A stretch of DNA of 64,000 nucleotides, from NCBI GenBank assembly GCA_048938025.1, contig JBHLMP010000013.1, forward strand, positions 12,004 to 76,003. Direction: 5' to 3'. A program made the translations under genes and the position numbers. The stretch's first letter is position 1; each line of letters starts with the position of its first letter. The notes under the pieces are model-generated. The model was not told where the DNA came from. It did no database searches and worked only from the letters and a program-made list of their open reading frames with translations. Below, one piece after another: positions 20,350 through 31,100 of the stretch. This DNA is from Promethearchaeota archaeon. GTDB lineage: Archaea; Asgardarchaeota; Lokiarchaeia; Sigyniarchaeales; SOKP01.

Positions 20350-23325
20350 TTAAAATGTTTGGCGAAATATATCCATTATAGTTTGTCGACTTAATTTCAT
20401 TAAAATTATAAACATAAATAAGAAACCAAAAGAGATTGATACCACAAAGACAGTAATCAACACGTCCACAGGAATCTTGAAAATAACTGGCATTTCTGTA
20501 AAAAGAGCCATATTAGTTTGCAGTAGATATGCTGTAAATGTGCCTAAAATCGTTCCTAAAATTCCTGAAGATAGCATAATTACCATACTTTCAATTAAAA
20601 ACATATTACGAACATTTCGAGTTTTCATTCCCATTGATCGTAAAATACCTATTTCAAATTTTCTCTCTAACATGATAGCATACATAGTACTTACTAACCC
20701 AAAAATAGAAATGATGATTGTAAATATTAAGATTATTTGCATAAGAAAACTTTGTCTTTCAGTAGTTGCTTCTATAAAATTAATTTTAGAAATCGCATCA
20801 TCTATTATGAAATCTTTATCTTGAAAAAGTGTCTGTATTTCTTCTTTTGTGGTTTCAATATTTTCTTCCGTTCGATCTACTAAATTTATAAAAATCTTAT
20901 CAACGATCATATTTGGTTCTCCAGGGTTTTCAATTTTCATTAATCGCATATAATTCTCTAAAGAGACCATTATGCCTCCACCAGATGCCGAAGTTTCAGC
21001 ACTTCTGAAATTATAGAACCCTGGAATTCCGCCTGAGATTCCAACTACTCTAAATACTGTTCTATTTCCTATGTCTGAAGGATTTTTAGGGTCATAAAAT
21101 ATTATTGCTATTTCTTCGCCTACATCATTAATATTAAGCAAACTCGCAATGGATTTAGCAATTATGCATGTATTATTATGTGCAAACAGTTCATTAAAAG
21201 AATATTCATTCCCACTTCCATCGCTCTTCCAAATCAATAAGTCTTTATCTATTAAATTAACAAAATCCTCATCCACACCAATAAAACCAGCATCTACAAC
21301 ATCATGTTCAACCAAATCTGCCGCTGCTGTTCTAATTTTTATTTCTTCTTGGGCTAAATAAAATTCAAATAAATCAGTTATCACTTCCTCCGATGAACCA
21401 GGAGTGTATCCAACTTGTCCTTCGCTAAATTCAAGAACAATTGATAATACTGCTTGAATGTCAACAGTGTTATGAAGAGATATTGCTAACTCTTCTATTC
21501 CAGGAAGATTTCTTAAATCTTCAACTATTTCTAAAGTAATAGCATTTTCTGCATTTAATCCTTGATTTATAAGGACTAAATCAGATCCATATTGAAATTT
21601 TAAATTCAATGCCCAATTCTCAGATTCCATTTCAGTAACACTGGTCATAAAAAATATAAAGGAAAATGATATAGCAAACATAACAACAGTACTTGTATTG
21701 CGACGTCTATATCTTTTTAACGAAATACTTACAATATTACTATATTTTCTTATAGTAGGTGATATAATAGTAAGGAAAAGTTTCTGAATTAATGGAATAA
21801 TTCCAACCGATGCAAATACTAATCCTATTAATATAGCTACTAATAATCCAATAAATAACGATGCAATCAGCATAAATTCACCTGTTACAAAAATATTTGG
21901 TAAAAGTATGAAAACTATCATTCCAATCATAGCAATCGCTATTCCTGTTATAAAACTTTTAACATTCATACTTCCTTCTTTTTTTACTTCCCATCCTTCT
22001 TCTTTTGTTTGAAAGGGCGTAATTGATTTTATCAAATCTAATTTACTTGTTTTAATAGCTGGTATTAATGCGATTAATAAAGCTGTAATTGTACCTACAG
22101 TAAAAACTAAAATAATTGTATCTGGTTGAATCACAAATTTTACATCAGCAAATTCAAATTGAAAATCGTATAAATTGAATAAAAACCTAGTTATTGGCTG
22201 CAGAAAAATGAGTCCCATAATTATTCCACAGATAGAGCCTATTGTTCCCATTAATAAGCCTTCAAAGAGTACCATTTTTACCGGGAATATTTTCTTACCC
22301 CCAACAACTCGTACTACTCCAAATTCTCGAACTCTCTCCTCTACAGATGTAGAAAGAACACTGTTTATTAAAATACCAGTTATAAGCATAGAAATCATAA
22401 GAATAAACCAAAAGATAACAGTTGTCATTAATAACAAAAATTCACCTTCTTCGAGTTCTGATAATTTTGGTAGACTTACAGTATACTCATTAATATCCAG
22501 TCTTTCCTGAATATTCCTGCTAATCTTTCGCAATCTTTTAGTAGTTTTTGCTAAATCACTAGCATCATATACAGATTTAGGATTTTTTATTAGACCAACA
22601 ATAAAATTAATTTGATATGGGTCGTCACGATTTAAAAAAATCTGTGCCTGTCTTAAATTTACGATTATTAAGGCATTTTCAAATTGCATAAATTTAAGAT
22701 CTTGAACACAAATTTCAACAACTGTTAAATTTAAGTTGTATGTCTGATATTTTAAAAAAATAGTATCTCCTCTAGAAATATTCAAAGCTTTTGCTACATT
22801 CCATAAAATCACACATTCCCCATTATCTGGTTCTTCTTTATATTTTTGTTTAGTTTCCTTACCCTCCTCATCAACAATAATTAAGTCTCCTATGTGACCA
22901 TGTTCCGCTTCTTTATCAAAATCAATTCCATATAACTCAAATGTACCATTTATGTCAGATTTTTCTGAAGCTGCAGTAACTAACATCATTATACGAGGAA
23001 ACAATTCTTCTACTCCTTCTATATTTTCTAAATCATCATTAATAATATCTTCATCATAAAAAGGATCAAAAGTTAAATCTGTCTTAATTGTTTTAGTAAT
23101 CATGATATCTGCTGAACCAGTAGTGCTTGTAACATAAAGCAGATAATTATAACTAACTGTATCATTTAACATTCCAATAGTCGTCAAGAGAAATAATGAG
23201 ATTGCGATTCCAGAAATCCCAAATGCAGCTTTTGCTTTATCACGTTTGAAGTCAAGCCAAGAATGGCGAATGAATTGCAAATCTAATTTCTTCTTTAGTA
23301 TATAAAGGGAATGCCGTAAGTTCAT
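20350..23325 (-). CDS. FtsX/MacB-like ABC permease with two FtsX modules
   Basis: SVEERVREFGVVRVVG and ERKFEIGILRSMG coupling motifs; two large extracytoplasmic loops. Confidence 0.9.
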   Translation of the reverse strand: MNLRHSLYILKKKLDLQFIRHSWLDFKRDKAKAAFGISGIAISLFLLTTIGMLNDTVSYNYLLYVTSTTGSADIMITKTIKTDLTFDPFYDEDIINDDLENIEGVEELFPRIMMLVTAASEKSDINGTFELYGIDFDKEAEHGHIGDLIIVDEEGKETKQKYKEEPDNGECVILWNVAKALNISRGDTIFLKYQTYNLNLTVVEICVQDLKFMQFENALIIVNLRQAQIFLNRDDPYQINFIVGLIKNPKSVYDASDLAKTTKRLRKISRNIQERLDINEYTVSLPKLSELEEGEFLLLMTTVIFWFILMISMLITGILINSVLSTSVEERVREFGVVRVVGGKKIFPVKMVLFEGLLMGTIGSICGIIMGLIFLQPITRFLFNLYDFQFEFADVKFVIQPDTIILVFTVGTITALLIALIPAIKTSKLDLIKSITPFQTKEEGWEVKKEGSMNVKSFITGIAIAMIGMIVFILLPNIFVTGEFMLIASLFIGLLVAILIGLVFASVGIIPLIQKLFLTIISPTIRKYSNIVSISLKRYRRRNTSTVVMFAISFSFIFFMTSVTEMESENWALNLKFQYGSDLVLINQGLNAENAITLEIVEDLRNLPGIEELAISLHNTVDIQAVLSIVLEFSEGQVGYTPGSSEEVITDLFEFYLAQEEIKIRTAAADLVEHDVVDAGFIGVDEDFVNLIDKDLLIWKSDGSGNEYSFNELFAHNNTCIIAKSIASLLNINDVGEEIAIIFYDPKNPSDIGNRTVFRVVGISGGIPGFYNFRSAETSASGGGIMVSLENYMRLMKIENPGEPNMIVDKIFINLVDRTEENIETTKEEIQTLFQDKDFIIDDAISKINFIEATTERQSFLMQIILIFTIIISIFGLVSTMYAIMLERKFEIGILRSMGMKTRNVRNMFLIESMVIMLSSGILGTILGTFTAYLLQTNMALFTEMPVIFKIPVDVLITVFVVSISFGFLFMFIILMKLSRQTIMDIFRQTF

Positions 23326-23372
23326 AATACTCTTTCACTTAAATTTTCTAATTTATTTTTTTATCACTTTAC

Positions 23373-26300
23373 CTAAAAATCTAGAATACTAAACTTTTTC
23401 TTCTTTGTATCAAATTTCCTTAAAATCTTTCCTTCTTTAGCTAAAATCTCTTGAACTTCTTCTTTATCTCTTCTAATTAATCTAATACCTTCACATCTTT
23501 TATTTTTACAATAATATTTTTCACTTGGTTCATCCTTAAAATACCATTTTTTACAGTTTTCACATAGATATGCTGCAAAAATTTGATCATGGTCACAAAT
23601 CGGGCACATTATATCAAAGGTATTTGATGAAAACCATGATCTGCAAGATTTGCAATACAAGATTAATGGTTTTCTCATTTCTTCTTCTAGCTCTATAAGT
23701 TCAATTCTCTTAATTGCTTGATCCTTATCTATATCTTTTATCCTCACTTTTTCAGCGTGAATATTTCGTACTTTTTCAATCCAAATTTTCCCTTTCTTTT
23801 CAGATATAATATATAGGATAATTCCAGCAATAATAACACCAATTATTAAAAATATATACGGACCCCATGTTCTCCAATCTATAAGCCCATTATCCACTTC
23901 TACAATTATTGATTGTTCTGCTCGATTGCCTTCTTTATCAAATGCTACAATCCTTATTTCATAATTCCCATCTTTGTATTTTGTTGTATCCCACTTGAAT
24001 TCAAGAATGCCAGTTGTGCTATTAAATATTAAATTTTGTCTGTCAACACTTTTATCCTTGAGATAAATATAGATTCTTGATGTGTCTAATTCTACATTAT
24101 CAGTTATATTCGCTTTTATCGAAACTGTTGAGCTAATGACATCATCGTTTTTAGGATTGATAATTTGAATTTCGGGGGCTATAAAATCAGTTGATTTGTC
24201 ATAACCTACGTATATATTAGATAATAACCATCCCCATCCTAATCCAACAATATACTCATTGGTATCCAACGCAAATTTAATCATAATGACTTCACCTGAA
24301 TATTCTGAAATGTCAAATTTCTCACTTCCATAAAGATCTTCACTATCGTAGGTATATTCTTTTAAAACATGCCAAGTACTTCCAAAATCGTCTGAAATTG
24401 ATACAATACATCTATCAATTTGATCTTCTGGTACGAGAAATTCGTATTCATTTTGTAGGGATATTTCATAATCAAATTCAAGATAAACATCATATTCCGT
24501 ACCTAATTGTAGCGGATATGTCATTAATTGGGCGTTCCAGTCCGTTCCATAACCTTGGACATCACTGCCAAAACTTTGACCTATGCCCCCATAGAGATAA
24601 TGTTGTTGAAGACGAGGAATAGAATGCCACGTATTATCACCTCTTAACCAGGCAGTATTCTCTTTTGGCGTAGGTGTTCCAACGACAAAATAATCTTCTA
24701 ACGCTGTATTTGAAAATTCATATCCTATTAATTTATTACTATAATTTACATTAAACTGAAGTGGATTTAAATTTATAAATTCAAAGAGTGTGTTATTTTG
24801 ATTATACCAAGGGGTTGTATCAATATAACTTCCATCTGAAAAGTGAAATCTAAAAGATTGATTAACAAAATCTCCAAGTATTAAAGACTTTATGAAAAGG
24901 ATCCCATGATCGGAACTAAGATTCGAATTAGCATTCCAATCACCAAAAACATTAATCATTGTGTAATTATCATTCTCAATTTCAATATAAATATATTCAG
25001 GATAATTATTATCCAAATCGTAGTAATTACATGAAAATATAAATTTCTGATACTCTGAACCCTCAATTGTTGATATATTATTGGTCAAATTAAAATATAG
25101 GAGAGGAGGATTATTATTTGTGTAGTTCTCGACTGTAAAATAATCTAAAATAAATCCCTTATAGTTTATTGCATCAAAATCATCGTCTAATGCTGTTTCA
25201 AATCGGAATTGAATAAAATTGCCAATATATTCAGTAAGATTTATTTCTTCTAAAAACCAATCTCTTTCTTCATTAGAGTAGATTCTTAAAGTATTCCAAC
25301 CAGTCCAATTTAAATTAATCTGTAAGAAAACATAATCTCCAGAATTAATGCTCACCCTTACTCCAAATTTAGCAAAAGGTTTTGTTGTATTTTCATTTAA
25401 ATTTGTCAAATCAAATAATGGACTGTATAATGTACCATTTGGATAAGGATCTTCTGTTAATTTAATCGGTTGGTATGTATAATTGATGGGGGAATTATGG
25501 TATGTACCAAAATATATGGAATTCCATGAATTTTCAAAAATTCTAGACCGATTATCATTTGAATTAATCTGGTATAGAGTGTCCCACCCTGTTCCAGTAA
25601 TTGTCCAATTACCTAAACCTTCATTAAAAGAGTGGTTATAAGGAAATGATTCACTGTCTGTCGGAAACTCAATTTTGATTTCAAGTTGTCCAATCCCTGG
25701 ATATTTTGCTTGATATAATCCATCAGTACCGATGAAGAAGTAGTGATATGTCTCAGGTCCAGGAAATTGAATATACGGACTAATATATAAAGCACCATCA
25801 GTGTAATTATTATCAAATGGATTAAATTGAGTGAGGGTATAATTCTTAGAAATTTCTATAATAGATACGTATACTTCTTGAGGAGGAACATTCGAAGTAT
25901 CGTTATCAAAATAGTCAATATAAAATCTAAAACTATCAATACTATAATTCTTATTAGGGTTAGTTCCTAAAAACTCCTGTTGACTCATAATAGTTGTATT
26001 TTTAGATCCATCAGCATAAATTATTTCTGGAACATTTAATTCCGGTTTAAAATTATTTTCAACAATAGATACATTCAAGGCAAAAGAACTGGAACCTTCA
26101 ATTACTTTGATTACTACTATGCATTCTGTCTGATTTTTTTTTGGAGTAAAATAAAATGAATTAAAATCACCATACCATTTTTGAGAAGATTCTAGTAAAA
26201 TTGGTTCACCATAATAGTTTGATTCATTAGAGAATAAAAATAAATCAAGATCAGCGTTCTCATTAACACCTGTTAAATTAAATAGATATTGCTCGTTTTC

Positions 26301-28196
26301 AGTTAGAACAATTCTACGGGCAAAAACATGTTTTCCAAGGGGATCTTCTTGAGAACTAGTTAGTGTCCCATTAATTTTTGTATTAATAGCCATAGATTTT
26401 GTAAATGCATCAATAGCAGCTTGGATATTTAATTTTCCATAACCCTCATGAACATCTTTTAAACCAGCTGTTAATGGAGCTAAAGATATATCTGGTGAAT
26501 AATCACTTTCATCTACAGTTGTAGTAGATGGATCGTCCTCTCTTTCAAGATTCGTCTCAGATGCGGTTAACAATAATATAGCTTTAATAATTTTAACCCA
26601 ATTAGTTAAATTGAGATTATTCCATTGGTTCCAATTGTCCCATTTCGCCTCAATCAAAAGATTAATTGCTGCTGACACAATTGCAGTAGCTATTGATGTA
26701 CCATATGCTGCAGTAGGATCACTATTAGATTTACTATCAGCAGCTATTATCGATCTTGAACCAGAGATTTTACTACCGCCAGGAGCAACGAGATCTGGTC
26801 TTATAACCCCATTTCCTACATTTTTTCCCATGCTACTATAACTTGTAACTTGATCATGGTCATTTATTGCTCCAACAACTATAGCATTTTTATTAAGCGC
26901 CAATTTATTTAGAGTATTTGACTCTACACCATTATTTCCAGCAGCTATTACTACTAACACTCCGTTCTCTATAACCTCATTAATTACAGTGTTAATGAAA
27001 TCGACATCTTCACCTAAAGTTCCAAGACTTAAGCAAACACTTACTATTTTATAAAGTTCTCTATTTTGAATAACATTAGCTAGCGCTGAGATCAAATTTG
27101 AAGTATATCCAATTCCTGACTGATTTAAAATCTTATAAGCAGCTATTTTTGTGGCATTTGCTATACCAGTAAAATATGAATAACCTTCTACATAAAATTC
27201 GGGATAATAAGAAATGCTTGCATTAAAATTAAAAGTTGGATTTAAATTTGAGCTATCTGTCAAGTATTTAATACAAAGATCATAGATCCCTTGCCCTGTT
27301 TGGGAGACTTGATGGTTTAAAACATAGATTTCATTAGTATTTTGATTATATGAAAAATTAACTAAATTGTTATTATGATACAGTTCTAACCAAAAACCAC
27401 TAATTCCCGTATCATTTAGATCCCAAATCGAACTTATTATAATGTTTGAATCTTCTTTAGAAACATTAAAGGAGCAAATCTTAAATGTATAATTATCAGA
27501 GAGAAATCCACTCTCAAATAATTTTAGATGAGAATATTCTCCATGTAAGTTCAAAATTGTTGGATTTATTGAGTTATATGGATCTGTACCTGTTCCAGCT
27601 ATAACAGAAGAAATAAAGGTGCCATGACCATTATCATCAGAGATAGGATCTGTATTCACAAAATTCTCCCATCCAATAATACTTCCAGATAAGAAATTAT
27701 GATTCGAATTTACCCCAGTATCTAAAACTGCCACAGAAGCATCTGTATCGCCTTTATACCCATTTATACCCCACGTTGAATTAACAGCTTTAGATTGTAA
27801 TGTAGCATAATTCATTTGAGCTTTTATAATTTCATCAGTTTCAATATTAGCTTCAGGAAATTCCTGTTGATATAATTTGATATTTGTTTCATTAGCCATG
27901 ATTCCAGCAAAACCAGATATCGAACTAAATTGATTATTCCATTCTGTTTTAATTATACCCTCATAATATTCAACAAACCTATTTTTTACTGTAGGATTAT
28001 ATGATGATTGATTAAAAAAAACAATTATATTATTACTATTACCATTTGAATTTTTGAGGTGAATTTTTTGTATATTTTCAACTAAATAAACTTCTGAACT
28101 GTCTAAACATAATATATTGAGGATTGAAAGAATCAGAATAAACATCAAAATAATTCCTTTATATTGTCTTTTTGATTTAATCACCTTTCTCCTCAC
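23373..28196 (-). CDS. Large membrane-anchored S8 (subtilisin-like) serine peptidase with cytoplasmic zinc ribbons
   Basis: N-terminal signal/TM; VAVLDTG (Asp), DNGHGT (His), AAGNNG (oxyanion Asn), PDLVAPG, GTSIA (Ser); beta-rich domains; TM WGPYIFLIIGVIIAGIILYII; tail with CKSC, CPIC, CENC, CKNKRC. Confidence 0.9.
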   Translation of the reverse strand: MRRKVIKSKRQYKGIILMFILILSILNILCLDSSEVYLVENIQKIHLKNSNGNSNNIIVFFNQSSYNPTVKNRFVEYYEGIIKTEWNNQFSSISGFAGIMANETNIKLYQQEFPEANIETDEIIKAQMNYATLQSKAVNSTWGINGYKGDTDASVAVLDTGVNSNHNFLSGSIIGWENFVNTDPISDDNGHGTFISSVIAGTGTDPYNSINPTILNLHGEYSHLKLFESGFLSDNYTFKICSFNVSKEDSNIIISSIWDLNDTGISGFWLELYHNNNLVNFSYNQNTNEIYVLNHQVSQTGQGIYDLCIKYLTDSSNLNPTFNFNASISYYPEFYVEGYSYFTGIANATKIAAYKILNQSGIGYTSNLISALANVIQNRELYKIVSVCLSLGTLGEDVDFINTVINEVIENGVLVVIAAGNNGVESNTLNKLALNKNAIVVGAINDHDQVTSYSSMGKNVGNGVIRPDLVAPGGSKISGSRSIIAADSKSNSDPTAAYGTSIATAIVSAAINLLIEAKWDNWNQWNNLNLTNWVKIIKAILLLTASETNLEREDDPSTTTVDESDYSPDISLAPLTAGLKDVHEGYGKLNIQAAIDAFTKSMAINTKINGTLTSSQEDPLGKHVFARRIVLTENEQYLFNLTGVNENADLDLFLFSNESNYYGEPILLESSQKWYGDFNSFYFTPKKNQTECIVVIKVIEGSSSFALNVSIVENNFKPELNVPEIIYADGSKNTTIMSQQEFLGTNPNKNYSIDSFRFYIDYFDNDTSNVPPQEVYVSIIEISKNYTLTQFNPFDNNYTDGALYISPYIQFPGPETYHYFFIGTDGLYQAKYPGIGQLEIKIEFPTDSESFPYNHSFNEGLGNWTITGTGWDTLYQINSNDNRSRIFENSWNSIYFGTYHNSPINYTYQPIKLTEDPYPNGTLYSPLFDLTNLNENTTKPFAKFGVRVSINSGDYVFLQINLNWTGWNTLRIYSNEERDWFLEEINLTEYIGNFIQFRFETALDDDFDAINYKGFILDYFTVENYTNNNPPLLYFNLTNNISTIEGSEYQKFIFSCNYYDLDNNYPEYIYIEIENDNYTMINVFGDWNANSNLSSDHGILFIKSLILGDFVNQSFRFHFSDGSYIDTTPWYNQNNTLFEFINLNPLQFNVNYSNKLIGYEFSNTALEDYFVVGTPTPKENTAWLRGDNTWHSIPRLQQHYLYGGIGQSFGSDVQGYGTDWNAQLMTYPLQLGTEYDVYLEFDYEISLQNEYEFLVPEDQIDRCIVSISDDFGSTWHVLKEYTYDSEDLYGSEKFDISEYSGEVIMIKFALDTNEYIVGLGWGWLLSNIYVGYDKSTDFIAPEIQIINPKNDDVISSTVSIKANITDNVELDTSRIYIYLKDKSVDRQNLIFNSTTGILEFKWDTTKYKDGNYEIRIVAFDKEGNRAEQSIIVEVDNGLIDWRTWGPYIFLIIGVIIAGIILYIISEKKGKIWIEKVRNIHAEKVRIKDIDKDQAIKRIELIELEEEMRKPLILYCKSCRSWFSSNTFDIMCPICDHDQIFAAYLCENCKKWYFKDEPSEKYYCKNKRCEGIRLIRRDKEEVQEILAKEGKILRKFDTKKKKFSILDF

Positions 28197-31100
28197 TATA
28201 GCGTTTTGATTGATTTAATGTTTCCTTTCTTAAAATAGAATCATTCTGTTTATTGATTATGCTTAAACTTTCTCTTAATGTATGTTCTACTTTAAGAATT
28301 GAATCTCTTGAACTGAGCTTAAATACTTCTCTTTCACTTCTTCGAAACTCATGGCGTTTTGATTTGTATTTATTGATTTGCCAGATATATATTAAAAAAA
28401 TAGCCAAAACAATAATACTTGGTATAATAATATAGGATAGTTGTTCAATCCGAGATGTGTTAATTTTAATTCTGACTTCATTTGAATGTACTTCTTGTTT
28501 GAGTAAATAGTAATATGAAATTGAGGCTGGTTTCAAACTAACAATACCTTGCTTTTTAGCTTTAAGTGTATAGTTGAAGGAGAACTTTTCTCCTGGTTTT
28601 ATACATGAAATTATATTAACTAATTTTCCTTCAACTAGTTGAAAATCAGATTGCGAATAACTTATCATATCGTTTATTCTAATATTTTTAATACAAATGC
28701 TCCCTGTATGCTCAATATTAATATTAATTATTATTTTATCTCCAATATCTATTTCAACTTTATTTACTGATTTATTAAGTGAAAAACTGATAGTACCAAG
28801 AATTATTGACTTTGAACTATAGATTTGTATAGCTCTACTTTCAGAACTCTCAAAATAATTAATAGCTGGGTAGTAATATCCTTTCCAATCTTTCTTTTTG
28901 AAGGTGACATTAAAAGAAATTATCTTGTCATAAGTAGTGTTTTTGAAAGTTAAATCATTATCATCAATCCTAATCAAATCGCCAAATTGATCACCCATAG
29001 AGATGTTAAGATCAGGAATATTAAATCCAACTGGTCCTATATTTTCAATATAAACCGTCATATTGAAAATATCTCCTATTTCTGGGGCATAATCAGTTTG
29101 ATTAGAAATAAAATAATCAATTTCAATGGTTCTTACAAAAGGAATATTTCTATTATAATCCACTGGGGCTGAAATATACAATTCATTCGTTGATGCAATT
29201 AATTTTGAAGAATTTCCTCCTTCGAGATATTCTGGATTATCATAACTAATCTGAACATCACTAATGGATCTAGTATTTGGGGTGAAGAAAGAGAAGTTGA
29301 TTGTAATCTCCTCGTTAGGAAAGAGTTCTGATAAGTTATAGGTCAAATTATTATTTTTAAGCGTAAAGTCCATACTATTATTCATAATTCCTGGAATTAA
29401 AAGTGAAATACTGATATTTTTGGCAATATTAGAACCTATATTTCTAAAAGTTAAAATGTATGTATTGACATCCCCAACTTTTGAGTTATATTTCGTTAAA
29501 TAGGAAAACGCTACTATTGAAGCCATATCATATGTACTAAGAGTAATTGAGTTAGATTTCGCTTCGAAATTTACATTCCCGGATGGAGAACTAAATGCAA
29601 CTCGAGATCCTGATACGTCATAATTATTGATATCTCTTATATAAAATTCTATATCAAGATCATTAATTGAAATATTGAAGGCAACAGAATCGATGCCATA
29701 TATTTTAAGAAACAGAATATAATCATTTGGAGCAGAAGGATCGAATAGCCAATCCAAACCCTCACCATAATTTATGAATGAAAATGTCAATGAATTGTTA
29801 TTTACTTGAGAGGTTATATATGGAGTAATATCTTGGTATTCGCCAATAGAATAATTGAAAATTTCAAAATTTAAATTATTTGAGGGGTCTGAGAAATTTA
29901 TTAAAATAGATACTCTTTCCAAAGTATTATTTACAAGATCTATTAACGTATCGTTTTTAAATTGAAAATGAATCTCTATTTCATGTTGATCAACATATCT
30001 TTCCTCGGATTCAATATTCCAACTTTCGTTATCTATTTCTAAAGCCATCTGTGGATTTGTTTCTCCTATTGTGACACCTGAGATTATTGCAGGAAATTCT
30101 GGAAAAGTCTCTTTAATTGTAAAATTAGAAGTATAAAAGGGTGTAAATGTATCAATTGAATCAATTGAAAAATTTGAATAAATATATGATATTATTCCTT
30201 CTGGTTCTATTTTCCAATTATCATCATTCCAAATACTATTATTATTTGTAAAAATATCTTTAAGTTCATTAGGAGTTAAGCCTAGAGCTCCAAGTGCAGC
30301 AATTAATTGGGGATACCCTGTTATAATAATATCAATTACATTATCCATTTTCTCATTATAAGGCCATAAATTTGAAAAATTCGTAAGATCTGGAAAGAAT
30401 TGGTCAAACATACCAACTCCTAGTGAATCAAAATAAAAAATTCGTGGATCTTCGTCAAAGTTAAAAAAATTTTCTAAAGAATCGTATTGATTTGGATACT
30501 CAATTCTAACTATTTCCCAAATAGTATTTTTAAACTGATCTGCGAGAGGTTGATTTCCTAAAGTTAATAATAGAAAAATATCATTGAGGTCAAAAGGTAT
30601 AGGTGTAGGTACGCCCCAAACAGTGATATTTCCTATGTTACAAGCAGTTATATTAAACTGAAATTCACGATAAGCACCATAAGAAGCATTATCTCCAATT
30701 AGTTCTTTTGAAATTCTCATATTTTGTTCAGCATAGGAAATATTATAAGTTACTATAAAGTCACCAATTGGATTTAAGATACCCGTAGGAATAAATGTAA
30801 AACCTTTGAATCCTAATTGTCGTAAAAAGTTTACAATGTCATAAGGATCGTTTAAGTTTACTGGTGTGGTATAACTTCTCTTCACACCTTCTTCATTAAA
30901 CCAAAATAAGTCAAAAGAGTAATCTTTTAGGGCTTGAATATCGAAATCTACTCCTGCTAAATATAAAATTAAACCAATTTGCTCTAAAAGAAAATCATTG
31001 AATTGTAAATTTTGAGGATAAAAATCAATTATTTCAGTAGATAGAATATTTATTTCAATATCACTCAAAAACGCACCTGCTAAGGCAATATATATTTTTT

